64,000 nt of DNA from assembly GCF_009914755.1 (NCBI RefSeq), contig NC_060926.1; one strand, given 5' to 3'. This DNA is from the human T2T-CHM13v2.0 reference genome, Homo sapiens. Position 1 is the first letter of the stretch. Every line of letters starts with the position of its first letter. A program made the translations under genes and the position numbers. Of this stretch, positions 12,088 through 24,799 are shown one piece after another. The notes beneath the pieces were generated by a model. The model was not told the DNA's origin, did no database searches, and was given only the letters and a program-made list of their open reading frames with translations.

Positions 12088-12513
12088 GCAGGTGAAGGCT
12101 GGGCCCACGCAGGAAGGCGGGGCTTATGCAGGTGAAGGCTGGACCCCTGCAGGTGAAGGCTGGGCTTATGCAGGTAAAGGCTGGGCTTATGCAAGTAAAG
12201 GCTGGGCCCATGCAGGTAAAGGCTGGCCTTATGCCAGTAAGGGCTAGGCCCATGCAAGTGAAGGCTGGGCCCGGGCAGATGAAGGCTGGACCCATGCAGG
12301 TAAAGGCTGGGCCTGTGCAAGTGAAGGCTGGGCCCGTGCAAGTGAAGGCTGGGCCCATGCAGGTAAAAGCTGGACCCATGCAGATGAAGGCTGGGCCCAT
12401 GCAGGTAAAGGCTGGGCCTGTGCAGATGAAGGCTGGGCTCATGCAGGTAAAAGCTGGGATTATACAGGTAAAGGCTGGGCCCGTGCAAGTGCAGGCTGGG
12501 CCCATGCAGGTGG
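12088..12513. repeat. 21-bp GC-rich minisatellite, ~20 units (consensus GCAGGTRAAGGCTGGGCCCAT)
   Basis: direct 21-bp periodicity; read-through gives (MQVKAGP)n, (CMGPAFT)n and (LHGPSLH)n in the ORF track. Confidence 0.97.
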
Positions 12514-12559
12514 AGCAGCCTGTGCACCATAGGAGAGAACACGAACATGTGCTCTGCAA

Positions 12560-12757
12560 GCAAGCAGACCTAGATTACCGTCCCATCTCTGCTAATCACT
12601 TGCTGTGCGACGTCAGGCAAGTTACCTAACTTCTCTGCCTTGGGTTCCTCAACTGTAAAATGGGGATACTGACCTCAAAGCATTTTGTGAAGTCTAAATT
12701 AGAAAACGTTCATCGGTTGCTTTGGCTGGTGCCTGGCTCACAGTATGAAATCAATAA
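12560..12757 (+). mobile_element. MIR SINE
   Basis: GGCAAGTTACCTAACTTCTCTGCCTTGGGTTCCTCAACTGTAAAATGGGGATA...GTGCCTGGCTCACAGT. Confidence 0.85.
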
Positions 12758-12769
12758 CTGAGTCACAAT

Positions 12770-12900
12770 TGTTTAAGTTTGCGTTCAGCAAATGGCTAGT
12801 GGAATCTTCTATGTGCCGAGAACTCCTGCCCAGCAGTGGGGAAACAGCAGGGAGAAAAACAGACATTGTCCCTGCACTCTCCTGGAGCTATAAAGCACCA
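12770..12900 (-). mobile_element. L2 3' end
   Basis: TTCAGCAAAT...CTATGTGCC...GAAACAGCAGGGAGAAAAACAGACATTGTCCCTGC. Confidence 0.65.
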
Positions 12901-15004
12901 AGCACTACTGATGGCAAGAGCAGCCCTAGAGGCAGGGAGAGGAATGAGCTGGCACATGGAATAAAATGACCCTGCAGTGGGGACAGCAAGGCTGGGGAGG
13001 CAAAAAGGCAAAGCACGCCCTGCGTGCAGTTCCACTTCCAGTCCATCCGTGCCGGATGCTCTTTCTCTCTGCTTGCAAAGTCCCTTGTGCAGGGCACACA
13101 CCCAGGCCCAGGTGGGAAACAGCCGCATCTTTTCTTTCTGTCCACTTCAAAGAATGCCATGCCACCTTCTCCATCAGCTCAGCCCCCAGGCCTCCTCTCC
13201 AAGGATTGAAGTGCTAAATGGTGGCCTTGTTTCCGGTCCCAGGAAGTGGGATGGTATCAGGCTTTGCCTGGGAAGACACTGGGTCCTTCTTCTCACGCTG
13301 AGAACCACCTGTGCCTCAGTCCCAAGTCAAGTGTGTACTCCTGCTCCACCCAAGGCCAGGCTGGCAGGGACTGGGCTCAATAACCAGAGACCACCACTGA
13401 GTTGCCAGGCTGCAGCCACTGTCCTGACCTGGGACTGGGCTCTAACAAGACAGCTACTTCCTTCTTGCTGAGACTACGCTCCCCACAAGCAACTCCTTCA
13501 GTCCTGATTCCTGGCCCTGCATCAGTCTCTTCACTCAACACATATCCCCAAGTCCTGCACTGACCAGGTGCTGTCCTGCACATGCGGGCTCAGCCAAACA
13601 AGACACTGTCCCTCCATCAACAAGCTCGCTGTCTAGGCCAATCACTGGGAGTGAGGCACTGTGGTCAGTGTGTGGCAGAGAGAAGGGAGCACTGGGGCAC
13701 CCAGGAGAGGCTCCCAGCCCAGTCCAGAGCAGGGGCCAGGCCAAAAAGCCATCTTAAAGGAACTAGCACCTACATTGAATCTCCAAGGAAGACCAGGAGT
13801 CAGCCAGGCGAAGGGACTTTGCAGGCAGGTGGAGAGAGGAGGTGACATTTAAGGAATTGTGAACTGCTCGCTGCCGCTGAGGCTTTTTCCAAACTGGGGT
13901 GATGCCTCATACACCAGTTTGGTCCAGGACTCAAGGCCGGCAGCTGCGACCCTTCCACCTGCACCCCCAGCTCCCTGAAGCCAGTCACCCGCCTGCCAAG
14001 AGCTCAGGTGGCACCTGTTCCTGGACTCCCTGAGCCAGGCTTTGGCCACCTGCAAGGCCACCACTGCTGGCTCCTGCCAGGCCTCCCACATGCCACCACC
14101 TGCTGGGCTGCCTCCTCTCATTTGTCATTGTCCTCTCTGGGGCCTTGCCTTCTGGGCTTGTGCCCACCTCCTGCAGCCTGGAGGTCCCTGCTACTTGGTC
14201 AAGGCTCAGTGACTCATCACCTGTGGGACCCCAGGCCTCCTGATGTGGCCCTTCTGAGCTCTTGATAGGGAGAGGAGGGGTTTGCTGAGCAGTGGAGGCT
14301 CCTGAGGGGCTGTTAAACAACTCTCCTCCCAGGATGTCAGCAGACAGGCTAGTGAATCTAAAACAGGAAACTCAAGGCCATTTTCTTTTGGAAATGGTGC
14401 TGAATTCCCAGCCCAGAGGGGCAGGGGAGCAGCCAGAAAGAGGGCCAGATAGATCCTCGTGCTCCTTCGGGGGCTGCTGTCAGACGACGGAGACAAGTGC
14501 CCACTGTGTCCCAGCATGGGGACCACAAGGCCAGCCACGCACCCTGCCCTCAGCCACTGAGCCAGGGGAGCTTCCAGGGGGCCTTGTAAACAAGCTGGCG
14601 ACAGGGCCGGGAAGCCAGGCAAGAGCCTGGGGAGTGACAGAGGCAGACAAAAGCTGGAACACAGCTTTGTCCAGGTGCGCATGTCAAGCCAGGACATGCT
14701 AGCCGCAGGTATCTGCTGGCTGCCCTCGGCCATGCAGCTGGGGACTTGGGGACCTGAGAGCCCCAAGACCTGGATTTTAGCACAACTGTAATTTGAACAA
14801 GATATGTGGCCTCAGACAAATTCCGTTTCCTCTCTGAACCTCAGTTGTGTCACCTGTGAGTTAACCAGAAATCTAGCTTTCTTCAACCACTCGAGGTCTC
14901 TGACTTCCCTCCCATTTCAGCTCAGCAACGTCATCCTGAAGCTATCCCAGCACACTCGAACCAAAAAGAAGTTCCCCTCCCATGCGCCACTACATGGTAT
15001 ATAT

Positions 15005-15088
15005 CCTTTTTTTAAATTTTTTCTTTCTTTTATTTTTCTTTCTCTTTTTTTCTTTTTCTTTCCTTCTTTCTTCTTTCCTTTTTTTCAT
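15005..15088. repeat. T/C-rich low-complexity tract
   Basis: near-continuous polypyrimidine run. Confidence 0.85.
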
Positions 15089-15110
15089 TCGCCAGATCCA
15101 ATCTCTGCTA

Positions 15111-15356
15111 TGGGTCCACAGTCCTTTATCCAAAACGCTTGTGGCTTCAAAGTTAAATATTTTCCTAATTTTAGAAGGGAATGGAGTGCCTATAATGTAT
15201 ATCAAACCACACCCAGCAAGGTCTCAGGCAGCATCCCACCATTAAGCACAGCAATTCTGCTGCAAAGTATTTGAATATGACACACACATGAAATGGGATA
15301 CTGATGACTCGGCTCAGATGAAAGAATTGGGATTGCAATCAGGGATTGTGATACCA
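15111..15356 (+). mobile_element. MER46C-like (TcMar-Tigger) MITE with internal deletion
   Basis: GGTCCACAGTCCTTTATCC...ATTGCAATCAGGGATTGTG TIR-like ends; internal ACACCCAGCAAGGTCTCAGGCAGCATCCC. Confidence 0.7.
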
Positions 15357-15479
15357 CAGCAGACAGTGATGATCTCAGCAGCATCTTAGGGAGCATACTC
15401 CCCTCTGGAGCCCTAGAGCTGGGCTACAGGCCAGCGTGGATGAGAAGGGTTTGTGCAAATACAGCTGATGGCAGAGTGA

Positions 15480-15650
15480 CAGCCTGACAGGCCCCAGCCC
15501 TGGGTGCCTGGAACCCGGGTTCCATCTGGGTTTCCACCTCTAATCTGCACGCTTGAGCAAGTTCTGTAACCTGAGCCTGAGTTCTTGTGTCTGTAAACAG
15601 AAATCATGATGCCTACCACAGAGCTGTAGGGATGAAATGAGACCAGGTTG
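15480..15650 (+). mobile_element. MIR SINE
   Basis: TTGAGCAAGTT...CTGAGCCTGAGTTCTTGTGTCTGTAAA...GGGATGAAATGAGA. Confidence 0.65.
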
Positions 15651-16169
15651 AAGGAAGGAGGGAGAGAATGATAGAAATGCAAGGAAAGGGGACTGGGGGG
15701 TGACTGCCCAGCCCTGGTTTTCCTCCTCACAGTAGTGCCAAGAGTCTCCTTGTCTGAATTCTCCCCTACCCAGTAAGCTGCTCAGCATATTACTTATCCT
15801 TTTCTCTCCATTTCTCAGTACCTAGCAGAGAGTCTTGCAAATTAATGGGGTCTCAATAAATATTTGTTCAATAAGTGAATGAGAGAATCAATTATGGAGG
15901 ATGCACTCAACGATTATTTGGTGGCTGAACAACGAAGACATCCCACATCTGCCTGTTCCTGAGACTGTGGCCTCTTGTTCGGCTGTCTGTTCTCTAAGCA
16001 GCCACCCCAACCTGTCATAACCACTGTGAATAACAGCCGCAGAGCCAGTACACCTCAATCAGTGACCTGAACAGAATTGTGTGCAGGGAGCTGGCCAGGT
16101 GAAATGTGTGTGGAATTTATAGCTACACTGGTATTTCATGAAGGTGCCACAGAATAGAAGGAGGCAAGC

Positions 16170-16350
16170 TGCAGGTGGCTGACAGAAGCACAGGATTTTA
16201 AGGTGGACACACCTGTTTGTACATTCCAGCTCTGCCATTCACCAGCTATGACCTTGGAGCAGGAGACCTAACCCTCCAAGGGCCTCAGTCTCCACTTTTA
16301 TATGGACATAATAATAAAATCTGCCTCCCAGAGTTGTGGAATTAAAATCA
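16170..16350 (+). mobile_element. MIR SINE
   Basis: CCAGCTCTGCCATTCACCAGCTATGACCTTGGA...GCCTCAGTCTCC. Confidence 0.75.
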
Positions 16351-17062
16351 AGAAGTAAGCAGCCAGAAGGAAGCTGTTATTATTTTACATCGCAAACCAT
16401 TCCTCTTCAGAGCAAGACACAGTGTACCATCACCATAATTAGGTTAATGGCTTTAATACGTATTGCAATTAAAGCACCTATATTTGTCTCAGGCATTTTA
16501 TCACATATCATTTGATGCCATTCTGTCACCGTGGGACTTCCATCAAGTCAGTGATTGATAGATGGCAGGGACCAATTAAGGAACAACCCAGAGTTATTGT
16601 GTCTTTTTTGCCTCTTGCTATAAATGTTCTTTCTCTAGTCTCAGAATGTTCAACCCCTACCTCTTTTTTTTTCAAGAGCCAGTTAAAATGAGCTCTTCCC
16701 CATGGAAGCTTTCTTTCTTTTCCCTGGTTGCAAGTGTTCTCTCTTCCTTCTATGCTGCCTGTAAAACTCTGATAACTTATTATAGTGACAATGGACTTAT
16801 CTCATCTACCTTCTTGACTATGAGTATCTTGAGAGCAGAGGCCAGACTTTACTCACCTTTGTCTCTTTAGTGTTCAACATAGACAGTGACACTTAATCTA
16901 GCCCCAGCAACTAAGCAATCCCATGATAGAAAATTACAATAAAAGGAAAACTGCTTCATAATGCATTGGGAAATGAATACAGGTCATGTGGCATCCCAAC
17001 AGCAGCTCTCTTTTCAGTGGGACATTTATGACTAAGACCATATCCATATATTTTCCTTGACT

Positions 17063-17990
17063 CTAGTGGTTTTCAAACTCAGGTGTGATGCCTCTGGAAA
17101 TACCAGAAGACTTTTCCAGGAATCTCCAAGCATAGAGAATGTTGAAGGAATCAGCTCCCCACTCATGGATTTCTGAATACCCTTTCCTCAACTTGTACCC
17201 AAGAACACTCCACGGTATAGGCTGGCACGATGACCTGGTGGCTGTCATCTCCCACCTCCCCTTTCACAGCCATCCCTTCCCCACCCTATAAAAGAAAGAC
17301 ATGCCCCTAACTCACCTCGAATGTTGTGGCTTTGCCTCTGCAGCATACAACAAGAAACTACATGTGTCCAGAGGCCTCATCGACTCATGACACTATAAAG
17401 CACCTAATCCAGCTAAGACTTCACTTCCAATGACATTTATGTTTTATATTTAGTTAACAGGTATAAAAATTTGCAATATGTATATTTTGCTCTGATAAGT
17501 TGCATATTAAAAATAATTGTAATAGCAATCCAATGCAGAAAACAATGTTAACACTTAATAGCCTTAATAGATAAGGGAATTTAAAAATTTAAATTTCAAA
17601 TTATATGCATATTTTTGATGCAGGAATCCTCAAAGTATGATAGGGTGAATAACAAAAAGATTTTTAAGTGTAAAAATATGTTAATTTAAAATTCTGAAGG
17701 GGAAGAACAGTAGAAATTCAAAGTACAGGAGAGAAAGGAAAAACAAATTTGTAAGTGTTAAAAATAATTTATGTATTGTATTTTTTAAAGGATGATGGTG
17801 CATATAAAATAACTCTTACATTCCTTTGCATGCATTAAAAGAAGAGATGGAGCATTTTTGCTATAAAATGTCAATAGTTTACAGTAAGCCAGAAATTATG
17901 TCATTTGCAGCTCTTTATAAGCATGATTAAAATGTTTAGATATTAAAGAAGAAGGTACATTGATTTTAAAATTATTTCAGAGGTATGCCA
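17063..17990 (+). mobile_element. hAT-Charlie-like DNA transposon remnant
   Basis: starts with Charlie-type terminus TAGTGGTTTTCAAACT followed by AT-rich internal sequence; family and right boundary uncertain. Confidence 0.45.
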
Positions 17991-19577
17991 TATTCCTCTT
18001 ATCTGGACAACAAACAAATGATCTGATAAAATCTGAGATAGCAAAGATAACAAGGAAAATACTAACCATGAAATAGAAAGTCAAAGAGAATAATATCGCA
18101 TGCATAGAGGGCAAGGCAGGAAGGAACTCAGGGGCCCCAGATTCTAGCCCTAGCTCTATCTCCAAGTGTGTGACCTTGAACCAGGTCTAAGCCTCGGTTC
18201 ACCCACAAAATGAGGGAGGTGGACAGGAAGTTCTGTAAGTCTCTTCTTTGGTTCAAAATATTCCATCACCTAATTTTGAGAAAGCAGCAACAACTCAGAG
18301 AGGTAGAATAAACCCCAAATTGACACAGTCTGAGTTAAACTTCTCAGATAAAACTCTCCAGACCTGAGTCCTCCAGAGAAAGGGAGATGAAAGAAGCCTA
18401 GTGTCCTTTCCCCTGCAGACCCGGGGGGATCTCGGGGTCCAGTTATCAAAAAGAAGCCTACGGCACGTCCATGTGGAAAAAAAACTGTTCCATGTGGAGA
18501 AAGATTCAAGAAACATGACTGGTAGATGTACCATGTGACTCTGAACATCCGGTTATCTAAAGAAGCCTAGGGCAGCCTGCACACTTACCTCAAGACACGT
18601 TAGAGAAGGAAGGAAGGAAAAGGAGCAGAAAGAGTAGGCATCTCTTCTTTCTGAGTCACACTTCAAATCCTAGCAACAAAAGAGGCAGCTTTACTTCCCT
18701 CCTTGTGAAAAAAAAAAATAGAAGAGGGGGACTAGCCACTAGATTTTTGAGGTATTATGGTGGGGTGAGGGAGTGGTGTTTCCAAAACCAATCGAGATCA
18801 TTGCTTTGTCATGGCGGTCAACAATCCCCTCCAAACAGGACTCTTCAGTTCAATGTATGTGCGCTTTAGAAGCACTCCATGCTACATTTGCTAATTTCTC
18901 AACATGCGACAGCCACTCTGTGCTAAGCTCTTCACACACTCTCCTTCCATCATTTCAGCAACTTGAGATAGGTATTACTACCCATTTCATAGGTAAGGAA
19001 AGCCATGTGCAGAGAGGTTAGGTAAGAAGCCAAAGGCTAATCAGCTAGTAATACAAAGTCAATGCTGAGGCCACATCTGCTGGTTTCTGAAACCTAAGAG
19101 GGAGTAGACTTGAGTTTAAGCAAAGTTCTACCACTATCTACTAGTGTGGCTTGGGAGGGCACTGAAGAAGGAGAAGGTGATCACAACTGCCCACTTTACG
19201 TAGCTTTCATTCTCACAGCCACCATTTTGTGTAGGATTTTTCTCATGCCCGCTTTCCAGTTGAGGAAACTGAGACTCTGGGCACCTAAATAACTTGTGTA
19301 TGCAGAATAAGTGCTGTAACCTGGACTCAAACTCCATAACGTTATGGTTTATGTGCACTGTACCCAATTGAAGGGAACAGATGTTGGGAATGTTCACCAT
19401 CAGCATCTCTGTATCCTTCAGACCAACATAGAAACACACTTGCACTCCTCCTTCTAAAGAACCTCCAGATCGGGCCAACTGATCAGATGTGTCACATGCT
19501 CTCCTCTTTGGAAGGCAGCCCATGATGAGGGCCTCCTGGATATGTTTCCAGGGCATCTTTTAAGCATCATTTCCAAG

Positions 19578-19790
19578 CAGCACTTTCCACTCTGTGCTCC
19601 ACTGAACACCAGTTTTGTTGCAAGATGTTAATAGAGAGTCCAAAAAACAGAAACATTGTTTTCTGGCCAAATAAATTTGGGACTGAGATTATCACCCTCC
19701 TGAGGGTTCAGAATGTCCATTAACATGTTAAAAGGCATTTTAAAGTCTTGTGGCAAGGAAAGTTGTGTAACTGTTTAACTGAGATACAGC
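19578..19790 (+). mobile_element. MER103-like (hAT-Charlie)
   Basis: CTGTGCTCCACTGAACACCAG...AGATGTTAATAG...GGCCAAATAAATTTGGGA...TTAACATGTTAAAAGGC. Confidence 0.65.
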
Positions 19791-20299
19791 TTCCGACTTT
19801 GGGATATGTCATCTACTATGTCTGGCACTAGAAGATAGACATTCATCCACAGCTCCCCATGTGATGTTGGACTGGATACATTCACTCGAAGCAATGGTGT
19901 AGAATGAGAAGAGAAGGAAAGCAAGGGGAAATCACGAACAAGCATCAATATTTTAGGGATGGGTAAAGGAAAATAACAGTAAAAAGCCAAGGGAACAGGA
20001 GGTTTCAAGAAAAAAAGACATGATCAACTGTGTTTTCTGCTGCTGAAGGATCTGGAAGAGGAAGACTGAGATAAGAACACCAGTGACCTCCCAGAGAGAG
20101 TACTTTGCAATACAGTGGGTGAGGTGCAACCTGACTGCAAACAAAAGTAATCATGAGCCCTTCTTCTACCTTCTCCTATTCATGCTCCTCTCCTCTACTC
20201 TTCCTGAATAATCCAGTCCTAAAGCCATTGAGTGAGGCTGACCAAGGTGGACATCTTCTCCAGCTGGGGGGCGGGGGGCTGGAAGAGCTGCAGTGTCCA

Positions 20300-21225
20300 T
20301 ATGAGGGGTATAGGAGTCAGAGAATGGTGAGGAAAGCATCCACACAGACAGGACAGGTGAGGATGTCAAGGGATGGCCAAGAACAGGAAGTAAGAACCTG
20401 AGCCTGGAGCAGCAGAGCAGCCCAATGAGGAGGTGTGTGCACGGTCTATGGCAAGGATGGGAGGTTGTTTACACATAGGGAGAGGAACAAGTTAGAAAAT
20501 ACAGCATGGCAATGGGAGTCGGGTTTCTCCCTTTTAGAGAGTCACAAATATGGAAAGGAAGAGATCTAGACTGGACTTCTTTGTGTTGGATTAGAATTAC
20601 ATATATTGTGAAAATGTATGGTTTTCAATATACAGCAGATCCCAAAATGCAGTTGTAGTTTTAAGCTTTGATACCATCATAGTATAAATTCTGCAAATTT
20701 GTACACTATTTGAAAGATGATTTACATTCCTTTTACTTGTATTTAATTTTTGTAAATTTTGAACTACACAATTTTAAGTTTTCAGTCCCTCTGAATATAA
20801 TAAACATTGACTAAAAAATTAAAAATGGATTCAATTATATTATATTTTTTAGAGTCTCCTGGAAGTAAAAAAAAAAAAAACTGAGAAACTGTTCCATGAG
20901 CAAAAAGATTCAAGAAACATGACTGATAGATGTACCATGTGACTCTGAAATGGATCTATTTGCTCTAAAGGCTGTTTACTGGAACTTTTGGCAAAACCTG
21001 AATGGGATAAAGGATTAGATGATAGGAAAGAATCAATGTTAATTGGATGATTTTGTGTGTATATTGTGGTTATGCGGAAGACTGTCCTTCTCTACAGGAA
21101 ATATTCTCTAAAGTATTTGGGTATGATGGGGTATCAGGACAACAACCTACTGTCAAATGCTTCAAGAAAAGTTTTTTACTGCATTTGTAACGTTTCTAAA
21201 ATTTGAGACTGATTTACAATTGTTT
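20300..21225 (+). mobile_element. L1MC-type 3' end
   Basis: CTGAGAAACTGTTCCA...GGATTAGATGATAG...ATTGTGGTTATG...AAAGTATTTGGG typical of L1MC3/4 3' UTR. Confidence 0.7.
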
Positions 21226-21581
21226 TTAGTTAAAGAGGAAATGTGGACTCATATGAGACTCCATTTTCTCATCTGTCGAATGGGAGTGTTTGTGTCTATG
21301 GAGGTCTATTAAGAAAATAATCATCTGTATTTTACCTGGGAAAATGCTATGCACACATGAGACACTCACTACAGAACATCTGGAGAAACACTGAACTTGA
21401 GCTAAGCTTTTGGCAAAGGCTGGCTGTGTCAAAGGCAGGAAGGAACTCCTTGGCTCTAAGGAAGCGGGAGCAGGGTTGAGTGTAGGGTAAGTTTTATGTC
21501 AGGTTGCTTTCTTGTGCTCTTCAAAGCAGGTTAGACATCACACTATTCAGAGGCGGGGACCAAAGACCCAGCCCTAATTTC

Positions 21582-21894
<313 letters not shown>

Positions 21895-22167
21895 CTAATT
21901 TCTAATGGTCATCGACATTTGCAAAGCCAGCCTAGACCTGTGGCCTCAGCCTGGCTGTCAGGCCCCTCAGGCAGCCTTACAGAAACAGCTCATCTTTCCA
22001 GATGCAAGCACTCCGTGTTCTCAGCAATAACAATTGTGGCTTCATTGCAAAAATCCAAAACACCAAATACAGAAATTTGAAAAAAAAAAAAAAAAAAACT
22101 GTTGCAGGATAGCTGAGTGATTGGGCAGAAGAGAGAGAGAGACTGTTCTTGGACCTTTGATACCTTT

Positions 22168-22911
22168 TTTTTTAAGTTCCAAGTTTATTCTAGGCAATTT
22201 TTAAAAATTTATTTTTCCATAAGTTATTGGGGAACAGGTGGTGTTTGGTTACATAAGTTCTTTAGTGGAGATTTGTGAGATCCTGGTGCACCCATCACCT
22301 GAGCAGTAGCCACTGCACCATATTTGTAGTCTTTTATCCCTCACCAACCTCCAGCTCTTCCCCCAAGTCCCCAAAGTCCATTGATCATTCTTATGCCTTT
22401 GCGTCCTCATAGCTGAGCTCCCACATATCAGTGAGAACATACAATGTTTGGTTTTCCATTCCTGAGTTACTTCACTTAGAATAATAGTCTCTAATCTCAT
22501 TCAGATCATTGCAAATGCTGTTAATTATTCCTTTTTATGGCTGAGTAGTATTCTATCTCATATATACCAGAGTTTCTTTATCCACTCGTTGATTGACAGG
22601 CATTTGGGTTGGTTCCATGATTTTGCTATTGTGAATTGTGCTGCTATAAACATGCGTGCGAAATATCTCTTTACTCCTGTAAGAATGGCCATAATCAAAT
22701 TATCAAAAAATAGTAGATGTTGGCGCGGATGCAGCAATCAGGGAACACTTCCACACTGCTGTTGGGAATGTAAACTAGTACCACCGCTATGGAAAATAGT
22801 GTGGAGATTCCTTAAAGAACTAAAAGTAGAGCTACCATTTGATCCAGCAATCCCACTACTGGGTATCTTCCCAAAGGAAAAGAAGTTATTATTCGAAAAA
22901 GATGCCTGCAC
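22168..22911 (-). mobile_element. 5'-truncated, 5'-inverted L1PB-type element
   Basis: antisense 3' end 22168-~22667 joined to sense L1 ~22668-22911; TSD-like ACCTTTGATACCTTT / ACCTTTGGTATCTTT. Confidence 0.9.
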
Positions 22912-22951
22912 ACCTTTGGTATCTTTTGAGTTTAAAATCATATGAATCGAT

Positions 22952-23178
22952 CAGTGGTTCTCAATGCAGAGCGTGGGAAGAAATTTCGCCCCCTAGAGGA
23001 CAATGGGCAACATCTGGAGACATTTTTGGTAGTCACAGCTGGGGAGAGGAGTGTTACTGGCAGCTAGTGGGTAGAGGCCAAGGATGCTGCTCAATATTCT
23101 ACAATGCCCAGGACAGCCCCCACAACAAAAATTGTCCAGTCCAAATTGGTGTCAACAGTGCAAAGGTTAAGAAACCCT
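22952..23178 (+). mobile_element. MER20 (hAT-Charlie)
   Basis: CAGTGGTTCTCAA...TCTGGAGACATTTTTGGT...TAGTGGGTAGAGGCCAAGGATGCTGCT...GGTTAAGAAACCCT. Confidence 0.9.
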
Positions 23179-24439
23179 ATAATTTATTATCTAACAAGAA
23201 ATATCCACAAATAAAAGTTTGGCTGCTGCTTTGAATCAAAAAGTATATTTCTACCACATGATTGAGCAGGCAGCTGTTGACATCTTAATGGGCTAAAACA
23301 TGTGCACAACATAAGGTTGAAGTTCCCAGTTCTCAAGCCCAGAGTGACAATATAGAGCATTTAACACTCACACAGCTTATTCTAATCTAGGTTATTGTAC
23401 TCAGTGGGGGAAAGATAACATCCTTGAGGCAGAAATGGCATGGGGTAATAGAAAGCAGCTGGGATTATGGGGTCAGGAGGCTAGAATTTAATTTTGGTTC
23501 TATTGCTTACAACTTTCACAACTGGCCGGGAATCTCCACTTTCCCTCCTCTGTAATGTGGCGAATGTCCTCAAATTGTTATCTGTTCCACCCTTTAGCTG
23601 ACTATTTGTTGACCTGTGCACTACATGCCAGGAGATAGATTAAAGCCGACCTCCAAGGCCAAATCCCTTAGGTTTCCTTCTGACCTTCTTGCTCTTTAAA
23701 ATTTCTATTCCCAGAGGCCTTGCTACAAACACCAGCTTCAGTATCTGCTTCTAGCCCATCTGTTTGAGCAATGTTCTGTCTTCCCCACTGGCCTTTGAAC
23801 CTCCATGTCTCAAAGGCTCTCTGTTCAGCCCCTGTTTTGGGATTCCCTCTATTTTTCTGATCCCTGGTCCTTGCAAAATCTGTCCCCAGACTGAGATCAA
23901 TGCAGATTTCACTTCTATATCTTGCAGAGGAACGTGGATTCTTGTGAGATGATTGATACAGAGACAATTTGTAAACTCCAGTGGGCTCCACAAATTTAGG
24001 GAAATTGTTTTCATGAGGACAACACCTTACTGTCTCATAGCCTTAGGGCCTGGCACCAAACCTTGTACATAACTGCTGTACAGTAAATGTTCCTTGTTGA
24101 TGAAGCAGCTCATTATTTGTGGATTTTTTCTTTTTTTTTATTTTTTAGATAATGAATTATAAGGTTTCTTAACCTTTGCATTGTTGACACTTTGGACTGG
24201 ACCCTGCCCATTCTCATAGAGCCAACCCATACTGGGGAAGATAAGCAGATGCCCCCAGAAGGCACAGTGAGGCCTATCAGGAAATAAGCCCATGCCTGAG
24301 TGATGGACAGGGCCCCTTCAGAGACCACCTCACATAGAACCCTGGGAGCCCAACACAGCCAGCAGAGACCTCCCTCGCACTGACCTGATTAGATCCCACC
24401 TGGGGAGTTGAACTTTCATGTTTCATAGCAAGTGTACCC

Positions 24440-24700
24440 AGAGAAAGGCAATCATGTTGGAGAGAGGTCTAGATTCTGTCTCTCATGAGAACAGGCTGAA
24501 GAAATCAGAGATACTGGGACAAGAGAAGACTTGGGCTGAAAACTTATTCTGTGAAGCTCTGGAGGCCTGAATTATAATGAAAGAGGAGATTTCAGCTCAG
24601 CATAAAGAAAACCTTTCCAGCAATTAGAGTCAGGTGACAGCAAAAAGGCTAAACCACAGGAAAGCATGTATTTGTAGTCATGAACTAATGATGGTAGGGA
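24440..24700 (+). mobile_element. L3/CR1 fragment
   Basis: AGATTTCAGCTCAGCATAAAGAAAACCTTTCCAGCAATTAGAG resembles the CR1/L3 3' region. Confidence 0.5.
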
Positions 24701-24799
24701 AGGATAGCAGTGCTGCTAAAAAAAAAAAAACACACACACAAAAAAAAACACTCCATGTAGAAGTGTCGTCATTTAACACAGCAAGCAAATGCCTCATCA

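Noticed and set aside
12088-12513. CRISPR-like array
   Set aside because: Head-to-tail repeats without unique spacers, in primate DNA
11966-12629. ORFs of 93-184 aa in four frames (e.g. MQVKAGP repeats)
   Set aside because: Produced by the 21-bp minisatellite (period divisible by 3); open on both strands; no promoter, splice or homology support
12900-14820. Possible processed pseudogene in the GC-rich block
   Set aside because: No recognisable protein similarity, poly-A tail or TSD
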